A stretch of DNA of 64,000 bases from Eutreptiella sp. 'Long Island Sound 2002'. Taxonomy: Eukaryota; Protista; Euglenida. Every line of letters begins with the position of its first letter. The first letter of the stretch is position 1. The stretch is from the NCBI GenBank assembly GCA_964036045.1, contig OZ038378.1, forward strand, positions 173,166,001-173,230,000, given 5' to 3'. Shown here piece by piece: positions 38,385 through 51,614 of this stretch. Below the pieces are notes generated by a model, which was not told the DNA's origin, did not search any database, and saw nothing but the letters and a program-made list of their open reading frames with translations. A program made the translations under genes and the position numbers.

Positions 38385-38909
38385 CTGGGAGCAAGAGGAG
38401 CCAAACGGGGGGCGGCAGAGGTAAGCTTTTTTCTTTAATCAAAAGGGCGGGGGCCGTCCCATGCGCAGCACCAACTTTGTGTACAGAACAGAACGTAGTC
38501 GTCTCTAAGTTCGTCTCGATTTGCGTCTGCCTCGAAAGCAAAGATGTCGGCTGTGAGCCAACGAACAGCAGTTGGGGGCCAACCGACGGCGGTTCTGTAC
38601 CAACGGCGGGAAATCAAGACCCCTTGTGTCTGCACAAAAAAACTGGAAAACACGCTGGGTTTCCAAGAAAGAACAGCCCCGTGGCAGGGGCAGGCGCAGG
38701 GGTGAAGCCAGCGGTAACGGCAGCGGGATCACCGTAGGGGCAGGTCACGGGCACGATGGTGGGCGCAGGAGGAGGGGGCAGGGACTTCCCCCCGGCCCAC
38801 TGTGGTAGTCCTACAGTTCGAGTCCTCTGGAAACCGGTGGACCGCCTTTGGCTCTCACACATGCGCACAGCCGTACAACCCCCGAGCGCACGGGGCTGAC
38901 TCGGCATAC

Positions 38910-39158
38910 CTGCCGCACCGCGTTTGCGGAGTAGTCCTGGATCTCGATCTCACCCGTAGCCTTCTCCGCCAAATCGTGACGGAACATTGCATGGAAAACG
39001 GGGGACTGGACCATCAGAACGCTCCGGTGTGCGGGAATGCGGTGTCCTTGGACCACAAACACAACGTCGGTACCCACATTGTCCTCGTGCAATGCCCGCA
39101 GCAAATCCATGACGGACTGCAGATCATACAGGTCTCGGACGGACGTGGCCCCGACGGT
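38910..39158 (-). CDS. MATH-BTB protein, exon 3 (BTB)
   Basis: ttcaag|ACC...CAG|gtatgc; TDVVFVVQGHRIPAHRSVLMVQSPVFHAMF is a classic BTB signature; 249 nt, phase 0. Confidence 0.9.
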
Positions 39159-39649
39159 CTTGAAGCCAGGGGATGTAGCAAAGTGCAAAGGGGTCGCACA
39201 CAGGAAAGGCATTGCGAGAACGCATGGCACAAGCAGGCGAGCAGAGGGTGAAGGAGTGCAAACGGGTGGTAAACAGGGAGGGAGAGCCTCTGGCTGGCTG
39301 AATTGTTGCAGAACCCCAACTCTCGCAGCCAAATACCGGGATCGAACCCTAATTCAGACTCAACTGCTCGACCAGCGCAAACAGTGTTTTGGAACTGACT
39401 GAAATGGCACAGATGAAGATGCCCAGGCCACAAACAACTCCACATACAGCCAAACATGATGGTAGATGCATCAACTGCCCCTCTCTGCATAGCCTGACGT
39501 CTCCGGTCTCCTTCCTGAGGTGTGCACCCCTGATCAGATCCCGTTTCCCGCCCCCCTGTGTGCGGCAAAGTAACAGGAGTTCTATGTATGAACGCACAGG
39601 GGCACAGCAGCCGCAATCCTGTGCCGCAGTGCACAGCTCCCAAACGCAC

Positions 39650-39895
39650 CTGCGTGCTGGTGCGTACCATGTCCAGCAGCCGGATGTATCGGTCGGTCAT
39701 TGACTCCACGGTTGAGTCTCCCTCAAGGCCTTGCCGCGTCTCCTCCCGTTGGCCACTGTCCAAACGCTGGCTGGACTGCAGGCTGGCTTCGGTGACGCCC
39801 TGCACGACATACGGTTTGGTGAAAGGCACACGAAGCCACCCCACTGAGTGCACGTCAAAGAGATGTGCGGCACACTGGGCGGCCGGAGCTTGGGC
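39650..39895 (-). CDS. MATH-BTB protein, exon 2 (linker)
   Basis: Open frame with a strong donor CAG|gtgcgt. The acceptor cccaag| is chosen for phase 0; alternative acceptors are possible. Confidence 0.6.
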
Positions 39896-40229
39896 CTTGG
39901 GCGCAGCAGGGACAGAGGATACTATCAGCGTTGGGCAGACATGTTGTAGGGTTGGGGGACGGGGTCAAACCACAAAAGTGGAGCTGGTTGGTCGGTTGGT
40001 TTCACACATTTGATTTGTTTTGTGGCAGCGTGCCTCCAGGCTATAGACGGCGCTTGACAGTGCAGTGCTTCCGCAGCCCTCCATTTTCGGAGGGGAAGCG
40101 GGATTTGGATTTTGGATTTTGGGGGCCGATCTGAAGGCCCACAGGACGCCTGGGGAGGAGCACGACGGCGTCCCCGACGACTCTGCATATCGGCCGGCCA
40201 GGGGGGCAGGGGGGGTGCAGGGGGGGGGG

Positions 40230-40424
40230 GGGGTTGCATTGGAAGGGGCCCCCTCTAGGGCCGCCAGCCTGTGGCCCAGCTTCTCTCTTCCTGACCGCAA
40301 CTGTAAGCTTCCATGGCATTTCTAACCGACAGTAACTGCCCTCAGCGGCTTTGGCAACCTCCAAGCACCTGCCTAACTGCTTCTGGAACCCCCTCTGAGA
40401 CCCCTTCCTGTTTAATGCATCCCT
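40230..40424 (-). mobile_element. MITE-like element of the same family as 18156-18365, inside intron 1 of the MATH-BTB gene
   Basis: gggttgcattggaaggg...aatgcatccct termini; the interior is a reverse-complement match to the 18156 copy. Confidence 0.75.
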
Positions 40425-40743
40425 TGGGGGGCGGGGGGGTTGAACCGGGGGGGGGGGGGGGGGATCCTTAAAACATTTTGGTCTGAAGCGTGTGTGGACT
40501 CAGGTATGCGTAAAATCCCGTGAGATGCAGTGGTGGCGGCTTTGGTGGTTGTGTGGGGCTGGATGGCTGTGGGGACGCAGAAGGGGTGTTAGGGAGAGGG
40601 TTTCGCCGGGGTTCGTCGCGTGTGGTCGCAACAGGTCCCCCTTGTTGGTTAGACTGCTCTGGTGTGATAGTGGGTGCCAGTTGGGGGCGGTGTGGGTGTG
40701 GGTGTGTGTCTCTCCTTCCCCGGCACAATCAGCACAAAACAAC

Positions 40744-41226
40744 CTGCACGTGGCCGTAAATGTGCACCCGGCAGTCAATGTGCAGCGTGGCTATGCTCGT
40801 CGGCTGTGTCAGCGCATCCACCAACGTTTGCCTGGTTATGAACCGGGAGCAGCCCCAGTTGTCGTTCCTGTCGAATTGCCGCGCGCTCGTGTGCAACGCA
40901 TGCAGACCCTTTGACTGGGAGTCGCTCCGGAGGCTCAGGCTGTAGAGGGTGTCTACTTTGGATCCGCCAACGTAGTGGAGGAACAACGAAACGTGCTCGT
41001 GGTCGGCCGGATGGTACCCACGAGGGTACAGACGGATATACCAGGCACCGTCATGCCCCGGGGCTGTGAAATAGGGGCTGGCAAGAGAATCGCCATTCTT
41101 CTGCGGCAGCCAGGGAAAACCTACAATCTCCCACGTGAACGAGAAATGCACCTGCGGCACGTCACTATCGAATCCATGGAACTGGTTGCACTTGACCATC
41201 CCGGAAGCAGCGAACTGATCAGTCAT
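40744..41226 (-). CDS. MATH-BTB protein, exon 1 (MATH/TRAF domain)
   Basis: FTWEIVGF...SPYF...WYIRLYPRG...VSLFL...NWGCSRFI...LHIDCRV is a MATH pattern; donor CAG|gttgtt (or 6 nt earlier); acceptor cccctcag| lies 8 nt upstream of the ATG. Confidence 0.87.
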
Positions 41227-41989
41227 TGCGAGAGCTGAGGGGACAAAACAATGCCGACTGCCCGTGTTTCAGGGGCCGATGTGCCTACTCGCCTGCACAC
41301 AGCACAGATAGGTTTGATCTGGCGAACCTTGTGTCCAAGTGCGCTCTCGAGATCATCCCTGATCAGACGCATGGGAAGGCAGCGTCAGAGCCTGACATGG
41401 GGGACCTTGATCCTGGTGTATGCACCTGTCACAGTGCCACCCAAATGGCTAAAATGGGGTAATGGAAAATCTGTGGTGCAAATAGACTCTCGGTGACAAC
41501 AGATCTATCGGGAGGAACGGAAGGAACTAAAGCGGGGTCTCCCTTCGTGTGGTGGCTAATGGCGGGGGCGCTTCTGTGGCTGGCAGGTGCAGGGGTCTGC
41601 ACACAAGGTGCACAGGGATCCTACAAATATCTGACCTTGGTGACATTGGTTATGACAAGCGCACGTGACAGCCCCAGTCGCATGCATGGCTCCCCAAGCA
41701 TTCGTCTGTCTCTGCGGCGTTGGCAGCTCAGGCTCGACTGGTGTGGGGCCATCCTCTGCTGCTGCATGGCCAGTCTCGGTTGGTCTGGGGGCAGCTGCAG
41801 ATGATTGCTGGGTGCCCCAGAGCCGGCACTGGGTGCGGCCTGGCAAGCGGGCAGACTGAGTACTCATTAGGGTTTAAAGAGGTTTGGGACACTGGACCCT
41901 AGATGAGGGGGGAAATGGGTGTAAATTTCCCAAAACGTCTGCATTTCTGCATATCAGAGCAGCACTGACTTTTAGGGCAGTTTTCATTT

Positions 41990-42760
41990 CTTGGAAGGTT
42001 GCTATTCTCTCCAAGATGGTTGCTGTTCATTCCTGGAGGGTTGCTGTTCTCTCCAAGATAGTTGCTGTTCATTCCTGGAGGGTTGCTGTTCATTCCTGGA
42101 GGGTTGCTGTTCATTCCTGGAGGGTTGCTGTTCATTCCTGGAGGGTTGCTGTTCATTCCTGGAGGGTTGCTGTTCATTCCTGGAGGGTTGCTGTTCATTC
42201 CTGGAGGGTTGCTGTTCATTCCTGGAGGGTTGCTGTTCATTCCTGGAGGGTTGCTGTTCATTCCTGGAGGGTTGCTGTTCATTCCTGGAGGGTTGCTGTT
42301 CATTCCTGGAGGGTTGCTGTTCATTCCTGGAGGGTTGCTGTTCATTCCTGGAGGGTTGCTGTTCATTCCTGGAGGGTTGCTGTTCATTCCTGGAGGGTTG
42401 CTGTTCATTCCTGGAGGGTTGCTGTTCATTCCTGGAGGGTTGCTGTTCATTCCTGGAGGGTTGCTGTTCATTCCTGGAGGGTTGCTGTTCATTCCTGGAG
42501 GGTTGCTGTTCATTCCTGGAGGGTTGCTGTTCATTCCTGGAGGGTTGCTGTTCATTCCTGGAGGGTTGCTGTTCATTCCTGGAGGGTTGCTGTTCATTCC
42601 TGGAGGGTTGCTGTTCATTCCTGGAGGGTTGCTGTTCATTCCTGGAGGGTTGCTGTTCATTCCTGGAGGGTTGCTGTTCATTCCTGGAGGGTTGCTGTTC
42701 ATTCCTGGAGGGTTGCTGTTTATTCCTGGAGGGTTGCTGTTCATTCCTGGAGGGTTGGTT
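41990..42760. repeat. 21-bp minisatellite (ctggagggttgctgttcattc)n, about 33 near-perfect copies with degenerate edges
   Basis: Directly visible; it produces the RVAVHSW, EGCCSFL, GGLLFIP and MNSNPPG ORFs. Confidence 0.97.
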
Positions 42761-42849
42761 TAATTCTTGGAGGGTTGTTGTGAAATCTTGTGAAATACTA
42801 AAGGGTGCTGTTTGTTTCCTAGATGATTGATGCTACTTCTTGGATGGTC

Positions 42850-43520
42850 CTTGTTCAATCCACCGGTGGATGCTGCTAGTTCTTGCTGTACATCGCTGAA
42901 GCCTTGCTGTTAAAAAAAAAAGACCCATGGTGTCCATTTTCAAGGGAATATTGTCATTTGCCATCTGCAGGCACCATGCATGCCATGCACCCAGTCAATC
43001 ATGGACATGGAGAAAAAGGACGCAAAACAGAAGGAGTATTCAATGATTAAAAATATGTATAGGCACTACGCAATTGCATAGATGCCAATACTCATAGTTG
43101 ATGCAACTCATTGCACACTGTGAGGGCCCATCCGCTCATATGCAATGTGGTGCATAATATGTAGAATCCAAATAAAAACTCAGCATCAAGGTAAATCCGG
43201 TGGCCACTCAGAGGCCTCTCTATTACAGGGCCCGTCAGGGGCCTACATAAGAAACAGCATTTGTGACAGCAGATGATGCTAGTTGATGCTGCCACAAACT
43301 TTTGAGTTGTAAATTTGGAAAGTTGTAAATTTGCAATCTTGGGTCATTTTGCCAACAGCAGGGAAGATTAGGCAACATTTACTATTGCGTGTGTGCACTG
43401 TGCAAGTGCCATGCAGGCGCTCCCCTTGTTCTGCCCCCGTCCTCGTCTTGCCCAAAAACGAGTTGTTGTGAGAAATGATCAGTGTGTGACAGTAGTGCCC
43501 TCGCATCGTGACCAAGATTG
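42850..43520 (-). pseudogene. piggyBac-like transposase remnant
   Basis: KFTTFQIYNSK resembles Y...F.IY.GK, and VIERPLSGHRIYLDAEF...LCTTLHMSG resembles L..PL.G.GH.IY.DN.F.S..L...L...G. Both are in the correct order on the minus strand, with frameshifts. Confidence 0.5.
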
Positions 43521-45149
43521 TGCATTGGCTTTGAAGTGTCTGCTATCCCAATTTGTCATGCAGAACAGCGCACACTGTGCTCATTGCACTGGACTTCCCA
43601 AGAGCCATCTGCTTTCATCACCCGCTGCCCTGTCATCCTTTGCTCTGACAAGACCTATGCAAGAGCCAGAGACGCCCTTGTGGAAAAGAGACCTTGAACT
43701 GCAAACTGTTGCTCCCCCCTCCTACACCGCGAAGGGGCTGAGGGGCTGGTGTTATCACATCCTGTAGGTTTGTGCTTTCACACAATCGGTGAGTAACTGT
43801 GGTGCTCGCAGGATTGTGTGAAGATCCCAAGGAACCAAAAACCAAGAGACGCCTTCATTGTGGCATTGGGCAAATCTCCATTCTGTGCTTGAGGCCTTTG
43901 CCAAGACGATTCTTAGCGACTCCTACAGGGTACCGCTGCAACCGGTTAAACCGTTGGGCGCATCGCGCGCGATGCATTTTGCGTGCAAATCGCCGCAGCA
44001 GTTCTTGGACCGGCTGTAGGTACATCAACGGACTTCCGCTGTGGAAAAGGGGGGGGGGTTCCCTGCTTCCTCTCCATGACGCGGCATCTCTGCCCTGACA
44101 CACGGCGTCCCTGATGGATTTCCGCCGGGGCTCTGCCGGACGATGGTTGGCTCCATCTGTTCTTCGGTCCTGCTGTTGTTTCTCGCCCTCTGCCTGCGTT
44201 GCCCCACCCGCAGTTCATCGTGCCGTCGTCTTCCACACACCTGATCCTGCTTTTCACGCTCCCGCTGTCACAGTGCAGCTGCAGTGGTGCCCAGTAATTG
44301 GCGTGCGCAGACTCCATTTCAGGGGCGACAGAAAACGGGACAGGGTGGGTGGGTGGGGCCCTGCGGAGAGCTGCAACAAAATGAGGGGCACCGACGGTGC
44401 AACCCTGCAACAGGGCACCCACCCACACGCACCTCTGCCGTGGGGCCTGGCACTAATTGCACAGGGACAGTCTGAAGAGCACAACACACGGCAGAGGGGC
44501 TTCTTGCCAAAAACAACTCTTCAAGAATACGCCTGCCCTAGCCCAACACGCACCTCCGAATACTTCGCCAGTGGCAAGAGTCGGAAAAAGCACACACGCA
44601 GGTTCGAACTGTCAGGAGGCACAAATCTCTGCAGAATCTACAGGGTTCCGGGAAACAACCCCCACAGGGGGGGGGGGGGGGGGCAACTCCTCGGGTTTGG
44701 ACGCCAACTACCTCCCCCCACCAACCGTTGGCCGGAGGCCCCCTGGGGGGCCTGGCAGGGCGGGTTCTGGGAGGGGCGGTGGGGGGGGGGGGGGTCGGGA
44801 GGGGCTTTTGCCTGGGGGTGGGGGGGTCCACGCACCTCCGAACAGTTGGGTATGCGGCCCAGGTGTGATCCAACAGTTCGCACCCCCCCTTGCCCCAATA
44901 GAGGGTAGGGTATCATCGGCTTGGGTATTCCCAGCCACACTGGGAACCTCAGGGGGGTGGGCTCCTGAGGCGCCCATGGACTCCTTTGGCCGGTACCTTT
45001 GACAAATAACTGTTGGCCGGAGGCCCCCTAGGGGGGGGGGGGGTTAAGTTGGTGTCCAAGAACCCGCGGATTCGCCCCCCATGCACCCTTACAAAGCTCA
45101 GACCGATCGTAATCCTCAAGCTGAGCACATCCGCTATTCAGTACACTGC

Positions 45150-47100
45150 CCCTCCTCCACTGTTTAGAAAGGATACAGGTCATCCGGCAGTGACAGAGGA
45201 GTGATGGAGGAAGAGTGCTAGAACATGGGAAGCGCAGAAATGCAGCGGAGAGCCGCTCTTAGTATTCATGGTTCTGGAAACCAATGGTATCCGGCATGAC
45301 CCCATCTCCATGCTGAACCCAATCGACATACCATCGCCATCCATGAAATCCGGTCCAACGATTGAAATATTGTGGGCTCGTCGTTTGGGAGACATTTGAC
45401 ACACTTCTGCAGGTGCCACAAGCCATCTTTTAGACACACCCTGATCCATATGATCCACAGGCCTACTCTCATATGCGTTTACATACCGCTGTCTTTGTGT
45501 TTGTGTCTAAATATGACACATCCCGCACTGCAACACATCAACACACCAACACATCAATCTGAAACGAACGATCCCCCTCGCCATAGATTCCCAACAACAG
45601 ACATCAACACCAGATGGGATCAATGCCATTTACAGACAAAAAGCAGACAACGTGGACAGAGGCTTGAATATCTGCAGGACTGTGGCTGGTGATTCTGTGC
45701 CTGCACCACTGCAAATGATAAGCCAGGACAGACAACTAGTACCTGAGCCTGAGAGGCACCTGATAACATGCCTTGTAATGAAGTATATTCACATATATGG
45801 AAGCACAATGCAACACACACTTTAGTTTGGATGATATTTGCATGTGTAAAGGGCGAGTGCTCCACTGCATTGCATATATTGCATATTGCGTCTTCGCTAC
45901 CGCCATTCTGCACATCCAGATTTTGGTCTGGGTTGTGTGCGTGCGTGTGAGCGAGTGTGTGGTGTGATGTGCTGTGATTGCTAGAGGATTGTACCCATGA
46001 GTGGAAGGGAGAAATCCAATCATTTGCGTGAAAATGATGGGCAATTGTGCACAATGTGCAGGGAAAAGGGGGGTGAAGGGTAAATGACAGGAGAGACCAT
46101 GTACAGTCTATCCGACAATGAAATACACCACTTGGCATGCAAGCATCTGCAGGTTTAGGTGGAGGCCAGACATACAATATGATCAAGAACACATAAAATG
46201 CATTTCGCCCATGTGGGGAGCTGAGTTGGGGCTGGTAACTTGTGTGAGCTATTGGTCCGCTTCTCACTTGTGCGCAGGCATTGGTAAAAAAATGCCAACA
46301 ACTCAAAAATTCTGTCGCACTTCGCGCTGTGCTTATCACCAGTGATGTGAAAAATACATAAAGGGGACCTGAAACATGCTTCACTGGGGAAATCATTGTG
46401 AGTAGTCACAATTTGAAAACAATTGGGATTGGAGTTTTTCGTGTTCCAGCTGTAGAGGGCAAAAAACTGCAGTTTGTACAGCAATTTGTGCACTAATCCT
46501 TAGGGGAACAGCCCCTGCACACACACACGTCGCACCCAGTGTCTCAATAGGGTCAAGAATCACATGAAGAGGGCTGAAAAGATGCTTTGCTTTGATGTTT
46601 CATCATTGTGATTGGTCAGATTGTGAAAAAAATGTAGAACTTTTTGAATCTTTTGGGGATGTAGAAAATGCGATTGAGAAGAATGGTGTCATGTGGATTG
46701 AGATGGTGAATGTGCAAAGAGAAAGAAAATGGGTCCTGGCTGTGGGTTGCTTTCCCCCTTTCAGGGGATCAGGAAAATGCTTTCAGGGGATCAGGAAAAT
46801 GGAACGAAGAATGTATGGTCAAAACAGCAAAAACCTGGCTCATCCGCCTGTGCAAATGATAGTAAGAAAAGGGGGTCACTCATCAAATTGTCTTGATGAG
46901 GGGGAAGTGGGGTGTGTTCCACTTGGGGGCTGTATGCACTATTCCCAAGGAAAATGCATGGGCTGCCGGTAGCACAGCATACAGCATACAGGACCATTGT
47001 GTGGTGTGAGAGAAAATATTGCTCGTGTTCTTTGGGCCCTCCTGAATCCACACAGCGGTAGCGCGAAACCCATGTTTCCTTGTTTGTACTACCATCTGAT
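45150..47100 (-). pseudogene. Possible decayed non-LTR retrotransposon (RT and RNase H traces)
   Basis: QDNLMSDPLFLL resembles QGDPLSP.LF; WYVD and LRAALRCI resemble RNase H boxes; weak. Confidence 0.3.
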
Positions 47101-47689
47101 GGAAAAAGGTTGGCAGGACTAAAATACATACCTACTTAATATGTGTGGTTGGTTTGCCTTCTGGCGGTTCATGGTTTTTGAATTGTACAGAAATCGATGC
47201 GTACAACTTTTTTTCTTTTGGTGCACGTCACCTACCCACCCATCCATCCATCCAGAGCCCCCTTGACTCCAAGGGATGCACTGCTGCTCAATCTGTTGTC
47301 CTCTGTTGCTCAACCTGGAATGTCACACATTGCAGCATATGTGAACAACGAAACCCGTTGGTAATCACAGGTGCTGACACTTGTTTGTGGTGATGCATGG
47401 CTAAAGAGAAGCACGAGCATCAGAGCCAGTCTCCCCTCTTCCAGCCAAGGCCAACTAATGCGCCGCTGGACAGGGTAGCGCAGAGCGTGTCGGGGATCAT
47501 GAGAAGTGCTGGGACCATTTTGAAGGAGTGATGGTCCCTTGGCGTCGACGTCAGCGTGCTCGCTCGTGCGCACCTTGGGCACGATTTTTTGACGGTCACT
47601 CCAGGAGCATGAGTCCATGAACATCTGCAGCTGCCTGGGAGCAGAACAACGTGGATGGCGTGGAACATCAGTTTGGCTCGAACTCCAAC

Positions 47690-47835
47690 CTTAAGCCCCC
47701 ACCAAGCCCCAACCTCAAGCCCCGGACCTCAGTCCAAGCCTCAGCCTCCACCTCCGCCCCCACCTCAGCCCCAGCCTGAGCCTCAGGTAGCCTCCAGCTG
47801 AAGCCTCTGCCTCCACCTCAACCTGAACCCCACTC
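47690..47835. repeat. Degenerate 6-bp (cctcag-like) tandem repeat
   Basis: agcctc/cctcag/cctcca units visible. Confidence 0.8.
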
Positions 47836-48014
47836 TGCACACGTGTCACATGTTGGCTTTGGAAGCTACTCCACACCAACCCCGATCCCATGAGGCTATG
47901 CACACTTGTACGCAGGGTTCAAGCACGATCGCCCACACTGCAACATTATTAAGAGGCAGCATCCTATTATCAGGGCTACAACACATACCTGCTGCAGGAA
48001 AACCCCTTGGCGCA

Positions 48015-48161
48015 TCACCGCTGCGAGACTTTCAGCATCAGAATGCGGAACTCATCGTAGGACAGTACATCGTCACCTAATGCCTTGAATTTTCTAAGCA
48101 TCTCATCGACTTCCTTCTCCTCTTCCATGTGCCCGTAGTTCTCGAAGCTCGAAAACAATTG
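48015..48161 (-). CDS. EF-hand calcium-binding protein, exon 2
   Basis: cctgtcag|CAA; QLFSSFENYGHMEEEKEVDEMLRKFKALGDDVLSYDEFRILMLKVSQR* contains a second EF-hand; 147 nt, phase 0. Confidence 0.85.
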   Translation of the reverse strand, partial: QLFSSFENYGHMEEEKEVDEMLRKFKALGDDVLSYDEFRILMLKVSQR

Positions 48162-49599
48162 CTGACAGGTAAACACAGGGCGTAATTGGTCGGTGAGAGG
48201 TTAACCCAACGCCCCTGGTATGACATTTTGTCCGTTCTGCGAATGATGAGTCCCCGAGTGCAGGACCTCCTGGAAGGAATGCTAGTATGGCTGTCCGACA
48301 CACTGGGGGAGAGCATGCCATGGGACAAGCCCAACAGCCCGGCGGAACTACTGGGGAACTGAAAACCGCAACTGCAAGAAAGGCGACGACATTGAACGTG
48401 GAAAGAACACGGGTGACCAGTTAGGGCCCTGTAGCTGAGCGGACGAAATGGCATCGAAATCCGCATGAGTGGCTGGGCCTAGTCGCACCCCACACCCGAA
48501 GGCCATTCGAGCCCTGAGTGCACAGAAAAGGACATAGGGCAAGCGTGTAAACTTGCCACTTAGGCTTTCCTTGTTATGAACTGGGCCCCAAAATGAGGGC
48601 CTCTTCCCTTGCCAGCCTCAGCTCCAACGCTTTGCCCTGGTCAGGAATTCCTGTGCCACAAAGCAGTTTCTCCACAAGCTGCTGTCACTAAAAGATCCAG
48701 AAACAATGTAGCTCACACCAGATGCACAGGGAGCAGCTAATACAGCGGATCACTCAGCTCAACTTCCAACAATTCAACCAACAGCGTATCCCTGGCAGGT
48801 GGTGTGTGGCTATGCGAATGTGTGGTTATGCCTGATCAAGCATGTGACATGCACATCACTATGTACAGCAGCACCACTAAACCCCACAGGGTTTGCAACT
48901 TATCTCTGCTCTTGACCCTTTAACTAACTAATCTTGAGATTAATTTTGACAGTGAACAGTGTGTAGTTAACTATAGTGTTGAACAGTGTGTATTTTATTA
49001 TTGTCACTGTTTTGTTCACCTTTGTGTCTATTGTTTTTCAGGACTGCCAGAGAGGTGAGCACTGGAATACTGGATTTGACAAACAAAAGAAAAAGCAAAA
49101 GAGCTGGCACATAGGTTTGCACTAAAAGTTTCAGTGCAATCAATTTTTCTTGATTCAGTATGACCCTTGGGGACCGCAAGGACAGCGGCCTAGCTACACC
49201 TGGCAAGTAGGCCTCCAAATGTGTGTGACTCTTGCTGAGGCTCGAGAAAATGATGAATGTGTGACTGATGATGCCTGGGAAGTGGAAACTGATGCAGAGT
49301 AATCAAACCCAAGGCTTCACCTAAGCAACTGTCTATGGCGGCTTTTTGAAAGGAACTAAACCACCAGTTGGACTAAATGTGTGTGTTTGAACTCAGTTTC
49401 GTCTTCTACGGTCTTTGGTTTTACAGGCAGGGTAAAGCTGGGATGTTGCTGTGTGCTTTTTTTTTTTGCTGCATTTTACAAAAGCCGGTGTGCGTGCTTT
49501 TATGGACTGTGTGCTTCTAAAAAGCTGGGGGTTACCTCTCCTCGATTTGGAACCTCTCCGCCTGGTCCCATAATCAGGTTTGGCACACGCCCCACGGTC

Positions 49600-49792
49600 A
49601 CACACGCACACACACACACACTCTCTCTCTCGCACTCGCACTTGCACGCGTACTCACTCTCGCTCTCACTCTCGCTCTTACGCACGCACCCACGCCCGCC
49701 CGCCCGCCCGCCCGCCCGCCCACCTACTGACTCACACACACACACACACACACACACAAACACCGACACACACACACACACACACACACACC

Positions 49793-49875
<83 letters not shown>
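49600..49875. repeat. Compound microsatellite (CA)n/(CT)n/(CCCG)n in the EF-hand gene intron
   Basis: Directly visible. Confidence 0.95.
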
Positions 49876-49877
<2 letters not shown>

Positions 49878-50072
49878 CAACAGGTTCGCCTCGGGCCTCC
49901 CTCCCCTCAGGCCCAGTGCCTGGCCGTTTCTGTTGCCTTCCCCAGTCTTTCTGCTGGATCCGTGGGGTCAGCTTTCCCAGCGTTGGCATTGAGCAACCAC
50001 CGGATTGCATTCCAGTACGAAGGAGAGGGGGGGGATTCAATCCCACCAAAGCTGGGGCCCTCGTCCCTCCAC

Positions 50073-50420
50073 CTTAAACTCTGACTTGGAAATGTAGCCG
50101 TCCCCGTTGCGATCGAAATGATTGAATAGACGCTGCACATTCTCATCAGTGAAATCCAACGTCAGGTCCCCATTGACCGTCAAATACGGAGGTAGTGTCG
50201 ATGTGCTCAGCAAATGATGTGACGCCTCGTCGATGGGGGACTCCTGAATGGAGAACAAAAGGCCGGAGGATGCGTGAAATCGTCTCTGGGACCGCCCACA
50301 GGTCCGTGGCAGATTGTGGATGGAGAGCGAGGCTTGCTGAGTGTTGGTAAAATATCTGCATTTCCAGTGTATCGAGGATGTGTTCGGAATAATTGTGGTT
50401 TTCGGCGCCGTTGGCACCAT
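50073..50420 (-). CDS. EF-hand calcium-binding protein, exon 1
   Basis: ...VQRLFNHFDRNGDGYISKSEFK|gtggag has a canonical EF loop (DRNGDGYISKSE). The joined CDS is 164 aa; the exact start ATG is less certain. Confidence 0.8.
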
Positions 50421-51614
50421 GGCCCGAGACCACTATATCACATACAAGGATCAGGAAGCCCCCATATGCCCAAACCCCACTCACTCACTCACTCATCACA
50501 CACACACGCACACACACACAATTTGCGATGCACAGCACAAAGCGTTGTTGGCTGAGTGAAAAATCCTCATCCGTTAGTCATCAGACAAGACAAACAGAGC
50601 ATGTCCGACGCCAATAGCCGCCCACCGAGTTTCGACCTGCAGAATTAGTTTGAAATGACAGAAAACATTCAGGTGGCTGAAGTACATCGTAACCGGTGCA
50701 CTACAGGTCCTTAGGGAAATCGATTTTTTTTTTGTTAAGGACCGCCCCGCCCTTAGTGACCGCCCTAAGGGACCACCAAGCTCGCTTGCTGAAGAGGCCC
50801 AATGCACGTAATGTCATTATTCCATGCCCCCTTTATGCCATCAATGGTGAGCCCCGGGGGCAACACACACACACACACACACACACATGGACGGCGCACG
50901 TACTCTCACTCACTCACTGACTCACTTTTGTTACTCCGCTCATTCGCTAAATGGCTGAAAACTGCATAAACTGAATCAGCGCTCATCTCACTTCACCGAG
51001 GCAAACCCTATGGAGTCAGGAACCAAAAACACGTTTCGGCTCAAATCTTGATTCGTGATTTTCAACCTCAGAGAAAAAAGGTACATTAGGGTATGCCACG
51101 CAGACCCTCAAAAGGGGGGGAAGGTATGGCGCTTACACCTACGTTTGCGCCTGTGCTTGATCCCACCACCCTCTTCGAGGTGATTTCCCGTCTATTACAC
51201 TTTGGGGAGCCGCATTGCTGTGGGACCACAGCGATGAGTCAACTGACGGGTTGCCACGGTTGTGGAGGATGGTTCAGACTTGCAGTTGGGCCAGACACCA
51301 GAATTCTGAGTTGCAAAGCAGCAACGCCCATTCCACTGGGGCCGCCGCCAGCCAATGTGTGACCCCGAGGGGTGTGCGACCGTTTTGGGGGCTGTAGGGG
51401 GGGGGGGCACCCCCCCCCCGAAGGGGACCCCCCCCCTTCGTTGACCCAAACCCAGCACCTTTCCGTCGGGCACCTCCGAGCGCGCAAACAGACAAAGCTA
51501 ACAAAATGCACTGTGACCGTTCATAGCTCGTGATTGTTCTGCTGCACTACAGCACTTCCAAAGCAGTACTGAATGTTGGCTTGAGTTCGCCCATAGGCTA
51601 TCGAATGTCGCTTG

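Noticed and set aside
41884-42830. Four long ORFs (233-299 aa)
   Set aside because: They are artefacts of a stop-free 21-bp repeat; there is no unique coding sequence.
47400-47670. Tyrosine-recombinase-like HSF...GW motif
   Set aside because: It is a single weak motif with no supporting neighbours.
18877-50420. Non-canonical (euglenid-type) introns
   Set aside because: All seven introns I reconstructed fit GT-AG with consistent phases; none required non-canonical ends.
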